DNA of 64,000 bases, from NCBI RefSeq assembly GCF_000143415.4, contig NW_003314382.1, positions 366,105 through 430,104 of the forward strand, given 5' to 3'. Each line of letters begins with the position of its first letter. The stretch's first letter is position 1. A program made the translations under genes and the position numbers. Source of the DNA: Selaginella moellendorffii. Lineage: Eukaryota; Plantae; Lycopodiophyta. Under the pieces are notes generated by a model. The model had not been told where the DNA came from and did no database searches. It saw only the letters and a program-made list of their open reading frames with translations. This document shows positions 33,968 to 42,890 of the stretch, piece by piece.

Positions 33968-36370
33968 ATGCGTGTGGCGCTAAGGTTTGTGTGGTGTGTG
34001 TCATTTCTCAACAATCTCATGGAGTGGAAAACGTTTTTCAGGGATCCCACTTTCTGGTGGGACAACAGGTTCAAGAAGAAAAACAAGTTCTTCTCAGAGT
34101 CCTACCCGGATTTCAAACATGTTTCTACCGGAGAGAGCCTGTGGATTGCCAACAGGAAAACACCAACCTGGGTCTCTGCAAAACTCGAGTCGCTCGCTGA
34201 CCCAGCTGTAGGTAAGGCCACCACGGCCCGCTACAAATCTCCACATACCCCGGTGAGTTTAGGGAGGCTGATACACCGCGTGAGAGACTCAGCTGAGAGC
34301 AGATCCCTTTCTTTGGGAAAACAAGCCCATGAAGCTGTGCTCAAGAGTGATGAGCACAAAAGCAACATCTACTTGTTGACGGGATTGATCGATATGTACT
34401 GCAAGTGTGGCGAGCTTGAGGAGGCTCGCAAGATTTTCGACTCCATGGGAACCCGGAGTGTTGTGTCCTACAACGCGATCATCCAGGGCTGCGGGTCGAA
34501 CGGGCAAGCTGAACTTGCTCTGGAGTACTACTCTGCCCTGAGAGCTTGTACCACCATTCAACCCAACGATCGGACACATGTCGCGGTGATCAGCGCCTGC
34601 TCCAGACTTGCTACCGAATCCAGCGAGAAGAGGGAGAGAGCTCTACGCATCGGGATGGAGATCCATTCAATGCTGAGCAAGGAGAAGAAACAGCTAGATC
34701 TGTTCGTGGCGACTTGCCTGGTAGACTTGTACTGCAAGTGTGGCGAGCTTGAGGAGGCTCGCAAGATTTTCCACTCCATGGGAACCCGGAGTGTTGTGTC
34801 CTACAACGCGATCATCCAGGGCTGCGGGTCGAACGGGCAAGCTGAACTTGCTCTGGAGTACTACTCTGCCCTGAGAGCTTGTACCACCATTCAACCCAAC
34901 GATCGGACTCATGTCGCGGTGATCAGCGCCTGCTCCACACTTGCTACCGAATCCAGCGAGAAGAGGGAGAGAGCTCTACGCATCGGGATGGAGATCCATT
35001 CAATGCTGAGTAAGGAGAAGAAACAGCTAGATCTGTTCATGGCGAATTGCCTGGTAGACATGTACTGCAAGTGTGGCGAGCTTGAGGAGGCTCGCAAGAT
35101 TTTCGACTCCATGGGAGCTCGGAGTGTTGTGTCCTACACCGCGATCATCCAGGGCTGCAACACGAATGGGCGAGCTGAACTTGCTCTGGAGTACTACTCT
35201 GCCCTGAGAGCTGATAACACCATTCAAGCTGATGCTTGCACCTACACCTGCGTCCTTGCTGCTTGCGGGAGTGTGATGGCGATCAAGCTCGGGAGGGAGA
35301 TTCACCAGCTGGTGAAGCATAAAGGGCTGCTGAAAAACAATCCAGTTCTGGGCTCCAGCCTGGTGAGCTTCTACGGCAAATGCGGCGATGTTGATTCTGC
35401 TCAGGAAGCGTTTGACGAGTGCCGAGCTCGGGACAACACGGGTCTCTGGAACTCTCTCATACAGGCTTACACTCTCCAGGGCCGATCGATCGAGGCCTTG
35501 GAGCGTTTCTATTCCATGACTCAGGAGGAGGGCTGTAAAGCTGACGATGTGAGTTTTGTCTCGGTGTTGAACGCTTGCAGCCATGGTGGTCTGGTCGGGA
35601 AAGGAAGGCAGCTTCTGGATGAAATGCCCAAGCAGTATGGAGTCAGGCCACGTCTGGAGCATTATGTGTGCCTGATCGATATGCTCGGGCGAGCTAACCT
35701 CCTCGACGAAGCTGTGAGAGTTCTCAGAGCCATGCCTTTTGAACCGGATGCAGTGGTTTGGACGTCCCTGCTCGGAGCCTGCCGGAAGTGGAAGAATTAC
35801 ACGATCGGCAAACTCGCGTTTGAGCGTCTTGTGGAGATGGATCCCAAGAGCGGCACGCCCTACGCATTGATGGCCAATATATTTGGAAACCTGGGGATGC
35901 TCAGTGAAATGGCCGCTGTTGTGGAGAGAATGAGAGGTGAAGGCAGCTTCAGGGAGCCCGGGAGAAGCTGGTGGACGGATGTTAGCTCAGGAAAAGTGCA
36001 TTCTTTTTCTGTCGGGGATAGGAGTCACTCACAGAGCGACGAGATTGCGGCCAAGCTCAAGCAATTGTTGCTGAGAATGAAAGAGGAGGGGTACGCGAGC
36101 GATGTGATCAACGTTCTAAAAGACATACCCGAGGAAGAGAAAGAGGATCACCTGTGCGGCCACAGTGAGAAGCTTGCGCTGGGGTGTGCTCTGGTGAACT
36201 CGCACCAGAAGGAGACCATCAGAATTGTGAAAAATCTCCGAGTTTGTGACGGTTGCCATGCGGCCACTGCTCTCATCTCTAAGCTGGAAAAAAGGCTAAT
36301 CATCTGCAAAGATGCCAGTCGGGTTCATGTGTTCCAGGATGGCAGATGTTCCTGTGACAACTACTTTTGA
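33968..36370 (+). CDS. PLS-E-DYW PPR protein (putative C-to-U deaminase) with N-terminal OSB-type PDF motif
   Basis: 800-aa ORF (second ATG 34019). WKTFFRDPTFWWDNR..YPDFKHVSTGESLW..PTWV; S-P-L triplets; PG box EPGRSWW; HSEKLA (36161), NLRVCDGCH (CxxC 36245-36256), DGRCSCDNYF*. Confidence 0.93.
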   Translation: MRVALRFVWCVSFLNNLMEWKTFFRDPTFWWDNRFKKKNKFFSESYPDFKHVSTGESLWIANRKTPTWVSAKLESLADPAVGKATTARYKSPHTPVSLGRLIHRVRDSAESRSLSLGKQAHEAVLKSDEHKSNIYLLTGLIDMYCKCGELEEARKIFDSMGTRSVVSYNAIIQGCGSNGQAELALEYYSALRACTTIQPNDRTHVAVISACSRLATESSEKRERALRIGMEIHSMLSKEKKQLDLFVATCLVDLYCKCGELEEARKIFHSMGTRSVVSYNAIIQGCGSNGQAELALEYYSALRACTTIQPNDRTHVAVISACSTLATESSEKRERALRIGMEIHSMLSKEKKQLDLFMANCLVDMYCKCGELEEARKIFDSMGARSVVSYTAIIQGCNTNGRAELALEYYSALRADNTIQADACTYTCVLAACGSVMAIKLGREIHQLVKHKGLLKNNPVLGSSLVSFYGKCGDVDSAQEAFDECRARDNTGLWNSLIQAYTLQGRSIEALERFYSMTQEEGCKADDVSFVSVLNACSHGGLVGKGRQLLDEMPKQYGVRPRLEHYVCLIDMLGRANLLDEAVRVLRAMPFEPDAVVWTSLLGACRKWKNYTIGKLAFERLVEMDPKSGTPYALMANIFGNLGMLSEMAAVVERMRGEGSFREPGRSWWTDVSSGKVHSFSVGDRSHSQSDEIAAKLKQLLLRMKEEGYASDVINVLKDIPEEEKEDHLCGHSEKLALGCALVNSHQKETIRIVKNLRVCDGCHAATALISKLEKRLIICKDASRVHVFQDGRCSCDNYF
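34390..35230 (+). repeat. Intragenic 333-bp tandem repeat, about 2.5 copies
   Basis: TACTGCAAGTGTGGCGAG at 34397, 34730 and 35063. Confidence 0.95.
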
Positions 36371-37254
36371 AAACACGTCAGTGCTCTTTCTTGCAGTTAT
36401 CCCTGGTTTTAAACCCTCCGTGAGTCAAGCAGAAACATGGGCCGCTGAGTGAGCATGCCTCGTCAAAGTACCGCCGTCAACCTGAACTTCACGGAGAAAA
36501 AATTAACATTTAAAAGTTAAAACTATGCAAAAGGAGGATGACACCGGGAGCAAGGTGATGGCGGCTTGTGGCATGACCAACTTTGGGTTTGTGCTCCTAG
36601 AGCACGTTGAAGACGTGTGGAGGCTGGTGACGACGGCATTTGTTTCTTGCGACGTACTCACCAGTTCCTCGGCGACGTCTTCCTTCCAGATTTTTTGAGC
36701 TTGTCGTGAGTGGTGACCTGCTTGCTCTCTCCTGTGATGACTTCTTCCAGCCTCTGGTGCCCAACCTCAAGGCTCTCTTGTGGATGGAGCTAGCCCTACA
36801 CAGTGTGTGTGTGTGTGTATCAACCAGCAGATGCACAAATCGTTGAGAATTAGCAACAAGTGTGTATCATAGGCTTAGTACGTAGTGTACTAGTGTACAT
36901 GTACACGTGTTTCAGCTAAATATAATGGGCCAAATACACCGAAGAAGTGTGTATAAGAAGAGTAGAAACAAATTTAGAAATGTAAATTAAGAAGTGCAAA
37001 AGAAATGAAAATAAAAATTGTCCATCCTCATCAGTTTGCTGAAATTAAGTTACCTCTTTGCAAGAAAAATTCAAATTAGGGCTTTTTAGGGCAAAATTGT
37101 GAATCAAGATTTGGGATCTTGCTTGATTAGCCCTCTAAGTGTAATCCAGGAACTCCTTGTCCAAGATAATAGGGTCCAAGGGAGAGCAGTGATTTTTCGT
37201 GTTCGATTTCAGCCTTCAGCTGGTTGAGAACAGAAAGGAACTGCCATGGTTTTG

Positions 37255-37625
37255 GGAATAGTGCCTTGGAACAAAACTAACATAATAAACGTGCCGCTGC
37301 ACATAGTTGCCCCCTAAACACAAGCTTGTGACACTCCTTGAGCTCCTCTTCATTCCACAAGCAAGGCTCAGGCACCATATAATGCTAGCATGTTTACGAA
37401 CGAACAGCAGGAAGGTCACAACGGCTGGACGATGGAGAGGGTCTGGTCCCTGCTGCTGGAACTTTTAGAGCCCATGAAACAAGCTGGATACGTCCCCGAC
37501 ACGAGGGAAGTTTACTTGGAGCAGCAGGGTGGCACAAGCGAGGATCTGTAGCAAACATCGTAACCGTCTCTCGTCTTGAAAAAGCTCTTATCGACCGAAT
37601 CAGGACCCGCAATCAGCAGCATGTC
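37255..37625 (-). pseudogene. Remnant paralogous to the CRN-like NTPase at the window start
   Basis: Reverse strand reads MLLIAGPDSVDKSFFKT and CLWNEEELKECHKLVFRG..VQRHVYYVSFVPR, matching 307-490. Confidence 0.75.
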
Positions 37626-37982
37626 GCCGCGGCTCTCCCCCGCATTCCTGTCGCGACGAGGAAGCTAACTTTAGGAAGAGCCCTAAAGAAATGTATCGAT
37701 ACCAGTCAGTGTTTGGGCGAGCTCTTCCCAACTCCCAAAAGCTCGAGGATTAATTGCTATTGCGCGCTCTAGCTAGGGAGGAGTGAATTCGTGCCGGGCG
37801 GCTGGAAGAGTCGCGGCGCAGCGGCCGCATTGGCGGAGGCCTTCATTCCTCGCAGGCAGTGATGCTGAGGAAGAAAAGTGGATTAAGAATAGTCTGCTTT
37901 GATTCTGGAAACTGTACAGTAAAAGAAAGGATCACTCCTCCATGAGAGATCCCTCCATTCTTTCAAGTCTGAGATCTATGAT

Positions 37983-38267
37983 TTAGAAGGGAATGGCGCT
38001 TGAGACACGAGGATACACCACTCTCATCGGATGCCCGATCATCCTGCGCCCCTTGATACGGCGAAACGGGTACATGATCGCTCCCACGGGCCACTCCACC
38101 GCCGCTGCAATTGCGAATGCCACAAATCCTAGCGTCGGCCCGATTACCTTGACATGGCATGGATTCTGCCGAGTCCCGCACTGCACGCACGACGGGATCC
38201 TGTGCCTGCGAGTGCGAGTCGTCGCTGCTGGAGTAGCGACGTGAGTAGTCCCCAATGCTCTCGCCAT
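37983..38267 (-). CDS. Small conserved CxxC/transmembrane protein, copy 4 (94 aa)
   Basis: Nearly identical to copy 3. Confidence 0.85.
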   Translation of the reverse strand: MARALGTTHVATPAATTRTRRHRIPSCVQCGTRQNPCHVKVIGPTLGFVAFAIAAAVEWPVGAIMYPFRRIKGRRMIGHPMRVVYPRVSSAIPF

Positions 38268-40972
38268 TCTTCCTTTGATCAATGCACTGGAAATTGAGAA
38301 GAGGAAACACAAGCTTTTTTCGCTTCGCACTAGAAATTCTGTCTAGTTCCCATTCGAGCTGTTCTTTTATACTCCTTGAGATGGCACCAGCGAGCGCCAC
38401 CTGCTTAGCTCAAAACAGTGCCACCTGGCTTAGCCGTCACTACTTTGAATCGCAGTCGTCCACATGGCAAATCTGATCGGACGCTCGAAATTTGAAAATG
38501 CTTTAGTGGAAAAAGCCCTAAGTGGCAAACTAGGGCTTGGGAGCTTGGGCATGGACGATCAAGCTAGCGCGGTATGTAAAGAGGCCATTCCATGTCTAGG
38601 TCTGAAGATCTCGTTGTGAAGATAGAGGAGGAGTATATTTTGTTGGATTTGGAGGAGGTCTTTCACGGCGGAGCGATCCCGACCAATTGTCCATACACTC
38701 TTTCGGTATCCTCCCCGATTTTTTGGATTTGTCTCTAACAGGAGCGAACGAATTTCTTGTTTAACAGGGTCTGGACACGCTTAATCCCATTCTTACTTTG
38801 GGCAATGGACTGAAGCTTGTTCGTCTCTCTTTCTTTTCCCGTAGAACTTATTTGAAGCTTTCAGATCGGAGAGTACGAGGACACTGTCGGGTCCTGCATT
38901 GTTTTCTCTGAATCTGGTAAGGGCCTCCATTTCCATCTCACTGACGTTTCCGAAACTTTCGATTTCTTCCAGATGAGCCAACCGAAACAATCCGCGACCC
39001 GGTTTTCCCCCTGGACATCGTCGATCCAACAAAGCAACCGATCCAAAAAGTAGTCAAGAGGGTTTGCTCGCTGCAGAAGAAGCTTAAGTTTCGCGTCATG
39101 AGTGACAAGGACCAACCTCTCACTGGTAAGTTCTCGCAATTCCATCTTTTACAGCTCCCTCTCTTTCTCTCTCGCGATCACAGGAGCAACAGCGACGCAA
39201 TGATCTTACCCGCGACGATTGTGATGGTATAAAAAAATAGGAGCCATTGGAGGTTCTTTAACTCCCGCAGGTCCTCAAAGTCAGCGAGATCACTCATTTA
39301 AACAAAATATTTTAGCAAATATTTACTGCCCCAAGGTACCATCGTACTTTGTAAGTTGTAGTGCTTTTAAGCTGCTCGCCCCAGAGATTGTGAAGACCTC
39401 GCCTTGTAGTCATGAATGGATGAATCCAGAGCTCTTTTCTCCATCACTTTTAGCTTTTAGACGAAAAGAAGAGAACTGCTGTGCCTAGTGGGTCACTTGA
39501 TTTGGGCTGGTGGTGGTGACAAACAGCAAGCGCAAAAACTCGAGTGGCATCCATCCCTCAAGCTTCTTTTCTAGGGGGCAACTTCCATCTCTCTCTTGGA
39601 AGGAAAAGCCGGCTAGAGTTCATGCATGAACATGAACGGGAAAATATTCGCCCAAAAATCAAAAAGAAAAACAAATCTCTGACGTGCGCATGGATTAAAT
39701 TTGTCAAAATAATGCAACGCATGCTGATGGTGTGTGTGTAAGTGTGCGTGCATCAAAATCAAGGGTGGCATGGCATGGCCCCTCCGTACGCCCAAATTGC
39801 ACCCCAAGGCACACAGTATATTGTGACCACCCCTGCCGCCCTCAGTGTGTGGTGCCAACTGTAAGGCAGTAAAGGCGGCCACTGCCACGGTTGTACGGCC
39901 CCGCGCCTCATCAAGGCGCCGAACCAAGCCGACCATACCCGGACGCCCACGTCACCACCGCGGTCGCACGGCAACCGCACCACGTCACGGACGCGGCCTG
40001 ACGCGGTCACGCACGTCCCTGACCGCGGTAGGGTTAAGCTATGAAGGATATCTTTTTTTTTCTGATCTCTGCCACGCAGAGAAAGAATTCCATAGCCCAA
40101 TGCTATCCAGCGAACAGAAAAGGGGAAAGCGAGAAATCCCTGTATCGCGACTAATCAGCTCTTTCGATCTCGATCAATCAAGCAAAGCTCGGGATGAATT
40201 GGGCAATTGCTTTCCTTGACTTGGAAAATCGCAGGGCGGGGCAGGGCAGAGTGTTTTTTTGCTGCTCCTGGGCTGTGCATCGGATTGGATCGCAACATCT
40301 CGGATGTGCGAGACGTCCATCCTCTTGCAGGGGAGGAGGAGGGCACAGCGCACAGGCCATTACTGATTCTTCCACCCGCAACTTGCCCATCTCGGCATTT
40401 CATTTCACCTCTCTCGCTCAGACACGACGACACGAGGCCACAATCATGCTCTGCGCGACGGCGATCGCCGATGAATCGATCGGAGATCATCACGGACTTT
40501 GCTTTAGCTAAAACAGGGGATTGCGAGCGATTTCCTCTTATAATCTCCAGAAATCTAGAGGGCTGGGATCTTGATTTCCAGTAGGATCTTGGATCCCGCC
40601 AACGACAACAAGACGCGCAGATCGGCGCAGAGAAAGAGCCAAAAGATCGAAAGAAAACAGAGCCAATTTCAAACACCAAGCGCAGGGGAAAACAGGGGAG
40701 AGGCAGGCATTGCCCATCAATTCCATGGCAGCAAGGCAAAGCAAGCAACCAACCCATGCCACCACCATCTCCATCTCTCTCCAGCTCCAATTCAATGAGA
40801 CTCGGACGACCAAAACCAGGCAGACAAGGAACCGACCCTCACTGAGCACACTCCAGTGATGGAGATGGAGACCGATTCCACCCTCGACAAATTCAAGAGC
40901 GCTCGGATCTCGTCTCCCCGCTGCTTTGGCCTCTAAAAAGCGATTGATATTAGTATAGAGAGATCATGGTAC

Positions 40973-40975
40973 TCT

Positions 40976-41008
<33 letters not shown>

Positions 41009-41013
41009 CTCTC
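40973..41013. repeat. (CT)n microsatellite
   Basis: Directly visible. Confidence 0.85.
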
Positions 41014-41262
41014 GCTAAAAAGGAAGGAAGACATCACAAGAAAAAGAGAAAACCTTGCGCTCTTGACCTTGCTGCTGCTGCTGGAATTCGAAACTTACCT
41101 TGGTGAATCTCTATCAAAACTTCCAGAACCTTTGAAACAGTGATGTGATCGTGTTGACGCGAATCCTCTCGCTGTTCTTCTCGGTGTGTTGCTCTACAGT
41201 GCTCGAATTGTAGTTAGCGTTGCCACAGGAGTAGTGAGGCCCGACGATCTCATCCAAATCGC

Positions 41263-42890
41263 TCACCACAGAGGAGATCTGTGAGGCACTCCTTTCCTGT
41301 GCTTGCTGCTGCTGCTACTGCCACTACTCCCGCCAATGTTGGCCAGGAACTTGGCCGCGGTCGTCGATCGATGGCTCCTAAACTTCTTCATGGGCGGATT
41401 GGGATTCACAAACATCGACGTTCGCGCCGCCGCGGACTCGCCGAAATCGCACGAGATGCTGTCCTCTTCGTCGTCGCCCGAGGATCCCGAGGATGTGGGC
41501 GACGAGGAATTGGCGTCCTCGAGCACGGAATTGGGCGACATCTCCTCGTCGCTGTCGGATTTGAGGCTCTCGGCGGGCGAGAGCACGAAGAAGTCATCGG
41601 GCTGGGCGTTGCTGGCGCCCTGGCGTGGGGCGAGGCTGGAGAGATCCTTTCCCCTGCGGACCACCGCATCCACCTGGAGAGAGACACACAAGAATCCAAG
41701 GTCAATTCTCTGGAATTTATGGATCCGAGTGCTCCAAATCGACCGATCGGTTACCTTGCAGGCCAGCGAGCAGTAGCGATAGGCGTCTTGCAAGCTCCTC
41801 TCGCACGTCTCGCAGGAATTCCCAAAGCCCCGGGAAGGCCGCGGTTGTGGGCGCTGATTTAGAAACACGACTCGCGCGCTGTTAATGATATAAGTCTGCA
41901 TCGCACAGAGGAATGTGTAACGGTCGGTGGAAGCAACAAAGGAAAACCAAAAAAAATCGAGAAGAGGAGAAGAGTGGTGGAATTCCTCCTTGAATTTCAC
42001 CACTCTCGACGGCGAGAAAGAAACATTCCAAACAGAGCTTTTGCGATGATCGACTGGAATGTTACCTGGACGAGCGCGCAATCCACGAATTTTTGGATGT
42101 CTTGGAGGCGGATGACATCGTGGTAGACATATCTCCTCACCTGCGCCACCGATCGAGAGAGGGGCGTGTCAATTTCGCTCCAATTGGCAAGAAATGGGAG
42201 AGGGGCAATTCACCAACTCGGCGAGAGATCGCCCAATTGGTGGTTCTGGAATTGCGAATTCCTGTCGCTGGATGGGATCTTACCTGGAGGAGGCGGTGGG
42301 ATTGATGCGCGGGGAGGCAATGCTGGCAGATGCCATAGCTGCAATCCACGCAAAAGACATTGCGCTCGTTCTTCTTGATGGTCGAGTGAGATGGGCAGGC
42401 CACGAAGAACTTCTCCGTGAGCAATGCCTCCAACCACGCTGGCCTCTGAGGCATCGCGCCAAGCTTCAGGCTATAGCCCACCTGGCAAGAACAACAAAGA
42501 AAGAAAAAAAAAAGAAGAGGAAATCGATCAAAACTCGCCAGGGAAAGAATTTGATGCATGGATTGGAAGGTTGCTGCGTATGGATCAAGAGAGAGAGAGA
42601 GAGAGGGGCATGGATTGGAGCTGAAAAGACTGAATTTCCCCTTTGTTCTCGTTACCTAGGCCGGAATTTTTCTTGCGCGCGCTCGCTCGCTTCTCGCGAG
42701 AGATTTTCCTCGACTGGGACAACACAATGTGGCACGAGGCAAGAGAGAAGAGAGGATCAAGAATGGAGAGATGATGCGAGAAATGTGCGTTCTAGAGTTG
42801 CGAAGCAGGGGCAAATTCGCGGCAGATCGAGCACCGCGCCCCTCGTTCGGCTCGGAATTGGAGGGCTCGGCGTTGAGAATCACGCACCAT
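41263..42890 (-). CDS. PLATZ: PLATZ transcription factor, 5 coding exons
   Basis: PAWLEALL..FF..C..H..NERNVFCVDC..ICQHC..H..HRLLQVRRYVYHDV; QTYIINSARVVFLNQRPQ; CETCER..YCSLACK; RKGVPHRSPLW*. Exons about 42890-42888, 42481-42284, 42140-42066, 41896-41755, 41673-41263; the start is inferred. Confidence 0.92.

Noticed and set aside
40686-40710. miR160 target mimic or miR408-like site
   Set aside because: Seed mismatch for miR160, needs a bulge for miR408, purine-rich low complexity, and no convincing precursor hairpin.
40155-40790. 211-aa minus-strand ORF
   Set aside because: No recognisable motif; long ORFs arise by chance in GC-rich DNA.
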